A stretch of DNA of 27,391 nucleotides from a virus. Lineage: Duplodnaviria > Caudoviricetes. Shown one piece after another: positions 8,754 to 15,949 of the stretch. The stretch covers positions 1 to 27,391 of the IMG/VR virus record IMGVR_UViG_3300011336_000221; one strand, 5' to 3'. The notes beneath the pieces were generated by a model. It was not told where the DNA came from. It worked only from the letters and a program-made list of their open reading frames with translations, and searched no databases. The translations under genes were made by a program, and so were the position numbers. Each line of letters starts with the position of its first letter. Position 1 is the first letter of the stretch.

Positions 8754-9671
8754 ATGGCAACCCCAATGCGCAGTACGGACTTTAGAGCGGTAGTCGAACC
8801 TATCCTCAATGAAGTCTTTGATGGTGTATACCAACAACGCGATGACGAGTGGAAGGGTTTCGTTACCCAGATCACCGGCATTCCCCGCAACTATCACGAA
8901 GAAGTGATGCTGTTCGGTATGAACACAGCCCCTGAGATGCCTGACGGTACACCCGTTTCGTATGACCAAGGCGGTACTTTGTTCATTACCCGTTTCATCT
9001 ATAAGATCTATGGTTTGGCATACGCCATGACCAAAGTCTTGATGGAAGACGGCGATCACATTCGTATCGGCTCGACTTTCTCGAAGCACTTGGCTCAGTC
9101 CATGATCGAGACAAAAGAGACATTGTGTGCAAACTTGCTGAACTTTGCGTTCACTGCCGGCTATGTCGGTGGCGACGGTAAAACATTGATCGCAAATGAC
9201 CACCCAATCTCCCAAGGTCGTTCTTTCAGCAACCAGTTGTCTACAGCGGCCTCACTTTCACAGACATCTGTGGAACAGTTGCTGATTCAAATCCGCTCTG
9301 CGGTGGACAACAACGGTAAGCGTATTCGCCTGAAGGCGGACCAGCTCGTGGTGCCTCCTGCTTTGGAATTCCAAGCAGAAGTTATCTTGAAGTCTGTCCT
9401 CCGCTCCGGTGGCGCTGACAACGATCTGAACCCTATCAAGTCTACTGGCATGTTGCCAAACGGCGCCCACGTGGTGACTCGTTTGTCTTCAAGCAAGGCT
9501 TGGTTCATTCAGACCGACGCTGAAAACGGTTTGATGTTGGTTATGCGTCGTCCCTTGGAGCGTAGCTCTGAAGGTGACTTCGAGACCGACAGCATGCGTT
9601 ACAAGGCCTCTGAGCGTTATGCTACAGGTTGGCACGATCCCCGTAATATGTACGGCACGATCGGTTTGTAA
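8754..9671 (+). CDS. Major capsid protein (Mu gpT-like, HK97 fold), 305 aa
   Basis: Size, position and motifs ('YGLAYAMTKVLMED', 'GGDGKTL...HP', 'LVVPPALEF', 'GDFETDSMRYKASERY...WHDPR'); followed by a terminator. Confidence 0.9.
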   Translation: MATPMRSTDFRAVVEPILNEVFDGVYQQRDDEWKGFVTQITGIPRNYHEEVMLFGMNTAPEMPDGTPVSYDQGGTLFITRFIYKIYGLAYAMTKVLMEDGDHIRIGSTFSKHLAQSMIETKETLCANLLNFAFTAGYVGGDGKTLIANDHPISQGRSFSNQLSTAASLSQTSVEQLLIQIRSAVDNNGKRIRLKADQLVVPPALEFQAEVILKSVLRSGGADNDLNPIKSTGMLPNGAHVVTRLSSSKAWFIQTDAENGLMLVMRRPLERSSEGDFETDSMRYKASERYATGWHDPRNMYGTIGL

Positions 9672-9709
9672 TCGCAGACCTAGCCGGGTGTAAAGAAACC
9701 CGGCACCCT

Positions 9710-9745
9710 AAACGCCTCACCTGCAAAGGTGGGGCGTTTTTGTTT
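9710..9745 (+). terminator. Rho-independent terminator after the major capsid gene
   Basis: AAACGCCTCACCT-GCAA-AGGTGGGGCGTTT stem with a GNRA tetraloop and one G-U pair, followed by a T tract. A second hairpin, GCCGGGT-N8-ACCCGGC (9683-9704), precedes it. Confidence 0.85.
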
Positions 9746-9772
9746 GTAAATATGGGTAATTCTGTGTAGGAG
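9732..9772 (+). promoter_or_regulatory. Putative phage late promoter, copy 3 (GGGCG-N15-ATGGGTAATT-N5-TAGGAG)
   Basis: Consensus copy; the upstream box lies inside the 3' arm of the terminator. Confidence 0.7.
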
Positions 9773-9846
9773 CCTTAATCAGCACTGACCCGTATGGCTC
9801 ACGGGCGGACGCCATAGAGACAGTGCTGTAATCTTTCTATGGAAAG
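9768..9846 (+). ncRNA. Structured, pseudoknotted RNA element downstream of the gpT-like capsid gene (candidate Mu-gpT-DE-like motif or 5' leader)
   Basis: Four pairings: GAGCC 9770-74/GGCTC 9796-9800; CAGCACTG 9780-87/CAGTGCTG 9821-28; CCCGT 9789-93/ACGGG 9801-05; CCATAGA 9812-18/TCTATGG 9836-42. Confidence 0.65.
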
Positions 9847-9854
9847 TAAATCAA

Positions 9855-10388
9855 ATGTCAGTAACTTTTAACACCCCCATCCGCGTTTTCAAGCGCAACA
9901 ACCCCACCAACGACGGCGTAATCGCCCCCGATAACACCGGCGCGGTCCAGTGTGCTCAACAAGACTACATTGCCCCTATCACGGCAACCCGCCTTGCTGG
10001 TGCAATTCCTGTTTTTGCTGTTGGCACAACCACAGCGGCCCCCGTTGTAATCCCCGCCGGCGCAATTGTTAACCACATTTTCTTCATGCAAACTTCAGCG
10101 CCTTCAGCGTTGACAGGCGGCGTGATCACTGTGGCGATTGCTGGCGTTGACGTCGGTACAATTACCCCAACAACCTCTGGTGGCCGTATTGGTATTGCTT
10201 TCACTAACTCTGCCGCAGTGGCCACTGTGTTGAACAACGTTGGTTCAACCGACGCAACTGTCACGTTCACCGCAACAGCCATTACAGCCATTACAGGCAC
10301 CTTGGCCGGCACGTTTGACATCCAGTACACATCACGTAACCCTGACGGTTCTATCATTGCCTACGGCGCTGGTTACACCAACAACTAA
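9855..10388 (+). CDS. Putative virion structural protein, 177 aa
   Basis: Thr/Ala/Gly/Val-rich beta-type composition with an 'IPAGAIV' motif; first gene after the capsid gene. Confidence 0.75.
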   Translation: MSVTFNTPIRVFKRNNPTNDGVIAPDNTGAVQCAQQDYIAPITATRLAGAIPVFAVGTTTAAPVVIPAGAIVNHIFFMQTSAPSALTGGVITVAIAGVDVGTITPTTSGGRIGIAFTNSAAVATVLNNVGSTDATVTFTATAITAITGTLAGTFDIQYTSRNPDGSIIAYGAGYTNN

Positions 10389-10396
10389 GGACTGAC

Positions 10397-10675
10397 ATGC
10401 GTCAAGTAACAGTTGGAGCGGACGTTCTCGTCCCGATCGACCAGTACATAGCGCCGGTCAACGTTTCTTACGTTGCCACCGGCGGTGGTACCGTTCAGAT
10501 CTCTTACACAGACCCATTTCCACTGGACGCGCAAGGGTACCCTGTACCCACCGCCCCAGTGATGACTTGGGTATCAGCGCCAGCCAGCCCTATCGTGAAC
10601 CAGCCTTTCCGGGCTATTCAGGTAACTGGCGGCACTAACTCCACGCTTACTGTAATTCAAGCCGGAGTTCGTTAA
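10397..10675 (+). CDS. Putative small structural protein, 92 aa
   Basis: TAAGGA RBS, beta-rich composition, TAATG-coupled to the next gene. Confidence 0.75.
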   Translation: MRQVTVGADVLVPIDQYIAPVNVSYVATGGGTVQISYTDPFPLDAQGYPVPTAPVMTWVSAPASPIVNQPFRAIQVTGGTNSTLTVIQAGVR

Positions 10676-11073
10676 TGGGTAACGCCTTTTACGGCGGCCT
10701 TTATTGCGATACGCACGGACAGCCTGTGCTGTCCGTTGCGATATGCGACCGATGTAGCCGCAAACTACCATATTCCATGCTTCGGGAAGACCCGAACTCG
10801 CCCGGACTTATGGTATGCCCTGATGATGTGGACCAGTTTGATCCATGGCGCTTGGCGGCAATTCAAACCGAAAATATCACACTCAGGCACCCAAGGCCTG
10901 ATGTTTCCGTTGCCATTCCGGGTAAGGGCGGTCTTATTATCAACGCGCCCAACGTGGCAAATGTCAACCAAGGCCCCAACATGCTTGGTGACGGCACGGG
11001 TAATTCAATGACCCCCGCAACGTACGGCAACACATCTAGCACACCTACACCCGGCGACCTTGAGGTAACATAA
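10675..11073 (+). CDS. Hypothetical protein with CxxC...C motif (possible Zn ribbon), 132 aa
   Basis: 'AICDRCSRK...GLMVCPDDVDQFDP...LRHPRPD'; coupled to the upstream gene. Confidence 0.75.
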   Translation: MGNAFYGGLYCDTHGQPVLSVAICDRCSRKLPYSMLREDPNSPGLMVCPDDVDQFDPWRLAAIQTENITLRHPRPDVSVAIPGKGGLIINAPNVANVNQGPNMLGDGTGNSMTPATYGNTSSTPTPGDLEVT

Positions 11074-11075
11074 AA

Positions 11076-12998
11076 ATGGCTGACATAAGCATACTCCAAT
11101 TACCACCGGCAACGTCTGTAGGCGCAAACGACGTCACGGTTATTGTTCAAGACGGCATCACTAAAAAAGCCGCCGTCACGGTATTTCAAAATGGCATCGT
11201 TGGACCACAGGGCCCCGCAGGGCCACAGGGACCACAGGGCACCCCCGGCGCCACAGGAGCCACAGGAGCCACAGGAGCACAAGGCCCCGGCGGACCACAA
11301 GGCGCACAAGGCGTGCCCGGTATACAGGGCTTACAAGGCCCCGTTGGCCCACAGGGTTCACAGGGACCAACTGGCGCGGCGGCAACGGCCACGGCCGGCT
11401 CTACAACAACAGGGCTTCCGGGGTCTTCTGCCTCGGTTGTTAACGTCGGCTCAACGTCGGCCGCTGTTTTTAATTTTACAATCCCCCGTGGCGATCAGGG
11501 TCCCTCTGGACCACAGGGCATAGCAGGCCCCGGCGTGGTTCCCGGCGGCACCGCAGGTCAGGTGTTGATTAAGCAAAGTAGTGTTGACTACGCAACAGCG
11601 TGGGGCGCGGTAACTGGCGGCTTGTCATATTTAGGTTTTTGGAACGCGCTTACCAACACCCCCACACTGGCATCAAGCGCAGGAACTAACGGCAACTATT
11701 ACGTTGTCAGTGTTGCAGGAACAACCAACCTAAATGGAATTACAGACTGGCAGGTTGGTGACTGGGCTATTTATAACGGTACAGCGTGGCAAAAGATTGA
11801 CCAGAGTAACTCAGTTACATCTGTTAATGGTTATACAGGCGCCGTCAATCTTTTATATTCCGACGTGGGTGCTCCTTCAGTTTCAGGCATAAACGCAACA
11901 GGCACTTGGGGTATTGGAATTACAGGCAACGCCGGCACTGTAACAAACGGCGTGTACACCACAGGCAGTTATGCAGACCCATCTTGGATCACGTCTTTAG
12001 CAACAACCAAGCTTAGTGGAACAGTAACCAACGCGCAACTAGCAAACAGCCAGATTACACTAGGCACAACCAGTATTGCTTTGGGTGCCACGTCCTTGGC
12101 CCCCGTAGGTTTGACGTCTATTACTTTGACGCAAGACCCCACAACCGCGTTTCAAGTTGCAACTAAACAGTACGTAGACACTTTGGTGTCATCCGGCATT
12201 ACGTACCACGCACCAGTCAAGTACGAGGTTCCTAATTCTACAGGGAATTTGAACGCTACGTATAACCAACCCGGCGGCCCCGGAGTGGGTGTTAATGCCA
12301 CACTGACTAATGCAGGGGCGCTTGTAGCTTTTGCACCAGACGGCCCTACCGCGTCTATTGGCGATCGTATTCTTGTTTATAACCAGACCAATGCTTTTGA
12401 GAACGGTGTTTACACAGTTACAACTGTAGGAAATGGTTCAACAGCTTGGGTGCTGACCAGAGCAACAGACGCAGACACCTACGCACTAAAGAGCCCTAAT
12501 GGTTTAGGCAACGGTGACGCGTTCTTTATCACATCTGGTATCAGTGGTGCGGGTGAAACGTATGTATGCAACACTGTTGGTGTGATCACGTTTGGTACAA
12601 CAGCAATTACTTTTGCTCAAATATCGGCTTCACAGGTTTACTCCGCTGGCACGGGTTTGACACTGACAGGCACAACCTTCAGCATCTCTAACACCGCAGT
12701 AACCGCCGGCGCGTATGGTTCAGCGTCTTCTGTCGGCACGTTTACAGTCAACGCACAAGGCCAGCTAACCCTTGCAGGTAACACCGCTATTGCAATTGCC
12801 GCGTCTCAAGTAACATCTGGCACGCTTGCGGTTGCTCAAGGTGGCACAAATTCAACAGCCACACCTACCGCTGGCGGAGCTAGTTACGGCACAGGAACGG
12901 CATACGCTTTTACCGCGGCCGGCACAGCGGGTCAGGTATTGACTTCTAACGGGGCAAGTGCACCCACATGGTCTGGCATTTCAGGAGGCACGTTCTAA
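11076..12998 (+). CDS. Collagen-repeat-containing fibre protein, 640 aa
   Basis: 21 consecutive Gly-X-Y triplets; fibre-type motifs '[11 protein letters not shown]', 'ATKQYVD', '[10 protein letters not shown]...NGVY' and '[13 protein letters not shown]'; C-terminal ISGGTF. Confidence 0.85.
   Translation: MADISILQLPPATSVGANDVTVIVQDGITKKAAVTVFQNGIVGPQGPAGPQGPQGTPGATGATGATGAQGPGGPQGAQGVPGIQGLQGPVGPQGSQGPTGAAATATAGSTTTGLPGSSASVVNVGSTSAAVFNFTIPRGDQGPSGPQGIAGPGVVPGGTAGQVLIKQSSVDYATAWGAVTGGLSYLGFWNALTNTPTLASSAGTNGNYYVVSVAGTTNLNGITDWQVGDWAIYNGTAWQKIDQSNSVTSVNGYTGAVNLLYSDVGAPSVSGINATGTWGIGITGNAGTVTNGVYTTGSYADPSWITSLATTKLSGTVTNAQLANSQITLGTTSIALGATSLAPVGLTSITLTQDPTTAFQVATKQYVDTLVSSGITYHAPVKYEVPNSTGNLNATYNQPGGPGVGVNATLTNAGALVAFAPDGPTASIGDRILVYNQTNAFENGVYTVTTVGNGSTAWVLTRATDADTYALKSPNGLGNGDAFFITSGISGAGETYVCNTVGVITFGTTAITFAQISASQVYSAGTGLTLTGTTFSISNTAVTAGAYGSASSVGTFTVNAQGQLTLAGNTAIAIAASQVTSGTLAVAQGGTNSTATPTAGGASYGTGTAYAFTAAGTAGQVLTSNGASAPTWSGISGGTF
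11193..11381 (+). repeat. Collagen-like (Gly-X-Y)21 coding repeat
   Basis: [30 protein letters not shown] ... GPT GAA, with 9-bp periodicity in the DNA. Confidence 0.9.
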
Positions 12999-13231
12999 TG
13001 GACTCGCAAGACCTATTCAACGCGGCTATAACACTCTCTGGTGCATTTGGGGGCTGGATCTTGAAAACAATTTGGGACGCCATCAAAGACCTCAAGACAG
13101 AGGTTAAAGAACTAAACCGCGAGGTCAACCAAGATTTTGTAAGACGCGAAGACTTTAAAGACTCGATCGGCGAGATTAAAGAGATGCTCAATAAGATTTT
13201 TGATAAGTTGGACAACAAGGCAGACAAGTGA
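12998..13231 (+). CDS. Small membrane protein (N-terminal hydrophobic helix plus coiled coil), 77 aa, possible holin or lysis accessory
   Basis: The likely start is ATG 12998 (TAATG overlap, AGGAGG upstream): [22 protein letters not shown]... followed by a heptad-like stretch. Confidence 0.7.
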   Translation: MDSQDLFNAAITLSGAFGGWILKTIWDAIKDLKTEVKELNREVNQDFVRREDFKDSIGEIKEMLNKIFDKLDNKADK

Positions 13232-13386
13232 AATGGGCAATTTATTTTTTGCTTGTTTTTTTCTTGTTGGTTTTGCCGGGTGCATCAAGCCAAGCCTCTA
13301 AAACAGAATACCGTTGTGTTCGTTGGGCGTGGTCAGGAGATGTGTTTAACCGCAAAACCATTTGTCTTGAATGGAAAAAGAAATGA
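13228..13386 (+). CDS. Small exported or membrane-anchored Cys-pair peptide, 52 aa (not in ORF track)
   Basis: GTG start overlapping the previous TGA: MKWAIYFLLVFFLLVLPGASSQASKTEYRCVRWAWSGDVFNRKTICLEWKKK*. Its stop overlaps the next ATG (ATGA). Confidence 0.7.
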   Translation: MKWAIYFLLVFFLLVLPGASSQASKTEYRCVRWAWSGDVFNRKTICLEWKKK

Positions 13387-13877
13387 TAGACCCCATAACG
13401 GCGCTAGCAGGACTACAGAGTGCAATCAATGTAGTCAAAAAGGCCAGCAAGGTTGCGAATGACCTAGCTGGCTTGGCCCCGTCTATTGCCAAGATGTTTG
13501 ACGCCAAAAGCACCGCCACTAAGGCGATGCTTCAGGCAAAGCGCACTGGCGGTAAATCCAACCTTGGCGCGGCGCTACAGATTGAGATGGCCTTGGATGA
13601 GGCTAAGAGATTTGAAGAACAGCTAAAGATGCTGTTCATGCAAGCTGGCCGAATAGACGTGTGGAATGCGACCAAGGCACGGCAAGCTGAAATGGATCGA
13701 GATGACGCCAAAGCAATGGCTGAGTTAAAGGCAGAAGAGAAGAAGCGCAAGGAAGCCGAGCAAGAGCAGATGGAGTGGGCAGTTGCGATTGTTGTGCTCG
13801 TGATGCTCGTCGGCGCAATTGGTTGGGGCATTAACGAGATTGCCGAGTTCTGTGCCAATACAAGGTGTGGTCGGTGA
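13383..13877 (+). CDS. Coiled-coil protein with C-terminal transmembrane helix, 164 aa
   Basis: MIDPITALAG start at an ATGA overlap; helical body; TM segment 'WAVAIVVLVMLVGAIGWGI'. Confidence 0.78.
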   Translation: MIDPITALAGLQSAINVVKKASKVANDLAGLAPSIAKMFDAKSTATKAMLQAKRTGGKSNLGAALQIEMALDEAKRFEEQLKMLFMQAGRIDVWNATKARQAEMDRDDAKAMAELKAEEKKRKEAEQEQMEWAVAIVVLVMLVGAIGWGINEIAEFCANTRCGR

Positions 13878-14023
13878 ATGAGTACCAAAAACAGTTTGAC
13901 CTCTTCCTCAAAGTCTTTGTCAGGCTGTGTATTGCTTGGTGGGTGCTTGGCCTGCTCCAGTATTTGCCTGACGAGTTGGCGGGCAAAATTGTAGATAAAC
14001 TTCTTGGAATGATTGGACTTTAA
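13874..14023 (+). CDS. Small membrane protein, 49 aa (not in ORF track)
   Basis: GTGA overlap: MNEYQKQFDLFLKVFVRLCIAWWVLGLLQYLPDELAGKIVDKLLGMIGL*. It fills the gap exactly up to the ATG at 14024. Confidence 0.7.
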   Translation: MNEYQKQFDLFLKVFVRLCIAWWVLGLLQYLPDELAGKIVDKLLGMIGL

Positions 14024-14539
14024 ATGCTAACACTACTCTCAACCCTTATCTCTTTTTTGATGGGTGGTTTACCCAAAATTCTTGACTTCTTTCAAGACCG
14101 TGCAGATAAAAAGCATGAGTTAAACCTTGCCCAGATGCAGATACAGCGTGAACTAGAATTACGCAAAGCAGGCTTTGAAGCCCAAGAGCGTATCGAGCAT
14201 ATCAAGTCAGAACAGCTTGAAACAGAGAGCGCGGCTAACACCAAGCAGGTTCTGATCGGCGCTCAACAAGCCGAGATGCAGTCCATCTACGCACATGATA
14301 CGGCCTTGAACGAGGGCACATCCACATGGATGAAGAACCTTCGCGCTTCTGTTCGCCCTGTTATCACATACGGCTTTTTCTTCTTGCTGGTGTTTGTTGA
14401 CGTTGGCCTGTTTGTCTATGGTTGGAGCCGTGGCGTGCCGTTCACAGAGTTGGCCGAGATGCTGTGGGACCCTGAGACACAAGCCTTGTTTGCCAGTATT
14501 ATTGCTTTCCACTTTGGCGGCAGAGCGTTTGGCAAATGA
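14024..14539 (+). CDS. Holin-like membrane protein, 171 aa
   Basis: N-terminal hydrophobic helix, coiled coil, then 'WMKNLRASVRPVITY' and two hydrophobic segments ending 'FHFGGRAFGK'. It resembles the 3-TM GTA-type holins and overlaps the lysozyme start. Confidence 0.65.
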   Translation: MLTLLSTLISFLMGGLPKILDFFQDRADKKHELNLAQMQIQRELELRKAGFEAQERIEHIKSEQLETESAANTKQVLIGAQQAEMQSIYAHDTALNEGTSTWMKNLRASVRPVITYGFFFLLVFVDVGLFVYGWSRGVPFTELAEMLWDPETQALFASIIAFHFGGRAFGK

Positions 14540-15012
14540 AAATATCAGTTAAGTGCCTGCACATGATTCGCCATCACGAGGGCGTGAGGCAGAATCCCTA
14601 CAAATGCCCTGCAAAGCTGTGGACTGTGGGTGTGGGGCACGTTATGTTCCCAGAGCAGGGTAAGCTCAAGATAGACCAGCGGGACGCCTTTGTGCCCCCG
14701 CCAGAGGCCATGCGTAAACACTCAATGGAGGAAGTCGATGCAATACTTAGGGCAGACCTTGCTCGGTTTGAGAAAGGCGTGGCTACTTATTGTCCTGTGC
14801 CTCTTACTCAAGGACAGTTTGACGCGCTGGTATCATTTGCCTTTAACGTGGGTCTAGGGACGCTCCAGAGGTCAACCCTGCGTCAAAAGGTGCTTCGTGG
14901 CGACATGGAGGGCGCGGCGGAAGAGCTTTTGAAATATTGCATGGCCGGGGGTAAAGTTCTCAAGGGCCTGCAAAAGCGCAGAATTGACGAACGCGCTGTG
15001 TTCTTGTCATAG
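14536..15012 (+). CDS. Endolysin, GH24 phage lysozyme (muramidase), 158 aa
   Basis: 'HHEG...PYKCPAKLWTVGVGH' (E-8X-C-5X-T triad), 'LTQGQFDALVSFAFNVG' and 'GGKVLKGLQKRRIDERAVFL'. Confidence 0.95.
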   Translation: MKISVKCLHMIRHHEGVRQNPYKCPAKLWTVGVGHVMFPEQGKLKIDQRDAFVPPPEAMRKHSMEEVDAILRADLARFEKGVATYCPVPLTQGQFDALVSFAFNVGLGTLQRSTLRQKVLRGDMEGAAEELLKYCMAGGKVLKGLQKRRIDERAVFLS

Positions 15013-15052
15013 GGCGAAGGTGTTTGTTTTTATGGGTAATTATCTATAGGAG
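15012..15052 (+). promoter_or_regulatory. Putative phage late promoter, copy 4 (GGGCG-N15-ATGGGTAATT-N5-TAGGAG)
   Basis: Consensus copy between the lysozyme and the small basic gene cluster. Confidence 0.7.
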
Positions 15053-15061
15053 CGTAACAAC

Positions 15062-15337
15062 ATGGCACGAGCACACGACAAACCTATTCCCCGTAAAACC
15101 ACGGGAAAAGACAAAACGTACAACCCCACCGACAAGGGTGCGGGCATGACGGCTAAAGGCCGTGCCGAGTATAACGCCAAGAATAATTCAAACTTGAAGC
15201 CCCCCGCGCCAAACCCCAAGACCAAGGCAGACGCGGGCCGTAAAGCAAGTTTTTGTGCAAGGATGGAAGGCGTTGTGGCCAAGTCTAAAGGACCTGCAGA
15301 ACGCGCTAAAGCCTCTTTGAAGAGTTGGAATTGCTAA
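15062..15337 (+). CDS. Small Lys-rich phage protein, 91 aa
   Basis: AGGAG RBS; 'GMTAKGRAEYN...LKPPAP...RKASFCARMEG...SLKSWNC' matches a small basic protein family I recognise from tailed phages. Confidence 0.8.
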   Translation: MARAHDKPIPRKTTGKDKTYNPTDKGAGMTAKGRAEYNAKNNSNLKPPAPNPKTKADAGRKASFCARMEGVVAKSKGPAERAKASLKSWNC

Positions 15338-15495
15338 TGAAACCCGGACTATACGCAAACATTCACGCAAAACAGGAACGTATCAAAAAGCAAAAAGCCC
15401 AAGGGCTTCCTGTTGAAACAATGAGAAAACCCGGCACCAAGGGTGCACCAACAGCGCAGGCGTTCAAAGACTCTGCTAAAACAAAAAGGAAATAA
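15337..15495 (+). CDS. Small Lys-rich phage protein, 52 aa (not in ORF track)
   Basis: MKPGLYANIHAKQERIKKQKAQGLPVETMRKPGTKGAPTAQAFKDSAKTKRK*, with TAATG coupling. The 'KPGLYANIHAK...MRKPG.KGAPT' pattern is familiar from aquatic podoviruses. Confidence 0.82.
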   Translation: MKPGLYANIHAKQERIKKQKAQGLPVETMRKPGTKGAPTAQAFKDSAKTKRK

Positions 15496-15496
15496 C

Positions 15497-15790
15497 ATGG
15501 CCTCTAACTACAAACCCCGCATCGACCACTCTAAAAAAGACCACGAGTCTGACATGGAGCAAGACAAGAAGGTCGTTAAAAAAGCAATTGCAATGCACGA
15601 CAAGCAAGAGCACCCCGGCGAAAAGACAGATTTGTCCAAGCTCAAAAAGGGCGGTCGCGCCAAGATGAAGGGCACTGTGCGTACGTACAAGGCCGGCGGT
15701 TTGACCGGTGTTAAGAGCATTGACAAACAACCTAACGCAAAAAGCCCCAAGAAGACTGTTGAGAAGTACAACATGGGTGGCGCGTGCTAA
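15497..15790 (+). CDS. Small Lys-rich protein with three xxxGG motifs, 97 aa
   Basis: The likely start is ATG 15497 after AAGGA, not the tracked 15443: MASNYKPRIDHSKK...LKKGG...YKAGG...YNMGGAC*. Confidence 0.78.
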   Translation: MASNYKPRIDHSKKDHESDMEQDKKVVKKAIAMHDKQEHPGEKTDLSKLKKGGRAKMKGTVRTYKAGGLTGVKSIDKQPNAKSPKKTVEKYNMGGAC

Positions 15791-15949
15791 ATGCCCATCA
15801 AGTCTAAGTCACAGGAACGCTTGATGCAGGGGGTGGCTCACTCCCCCGAGTTTGCCAAAAAGGTAGGCATCAAGCAGTCTGTGGGTAAAGAGTTTGTGAA
15901 AGCAGGCCCCGCTCAGAAGAAACTTCCAGAGCGCATTAAGAAAAAATAA
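15791..15949 (+). CDS. Small Lys-rich protein, 52 aa (not in ORF track)
   Basis: MPIKSKSQERLMQGVAHSPEFAKKVGIKQSVGKEFVKAGPAQKKLPERIKKK*; it abuts the previous stop and is TAATG-coupled to the next gene. Confidence 0.8.
   Translation: MPIKSKSQERLMQGVAHSPEFAKKVGIKQSVGKEFVKAGPAQKKLPERIKKK

Noticed and set aside
9672-9854. tRNA or attachment site in the largest intergenic gap
   Set aside because: No cloverleaf or T-loop (GTTCRA) signature was seen; the region is explained by a hairpin, terminator, promoter motif and structured leader.
10996-11005. Additional GGGTAATT matches inside genes (about 10998 and 22476)
   Set aside because: They lack the upstream GGGCR box at the fixed spacing and the downstream TAGG, so they were treated as chance matches.
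13233-13301. Overlapping 22-aa ORF MGNLFFACFFLVGFAGCIKPSL with a lipobox-like FAGC (possible o-spanin)
   Set aside because: The mature product would be only 6 aa, and the alternative frame 13228-13386 is coupled at both ends and far more plausible.
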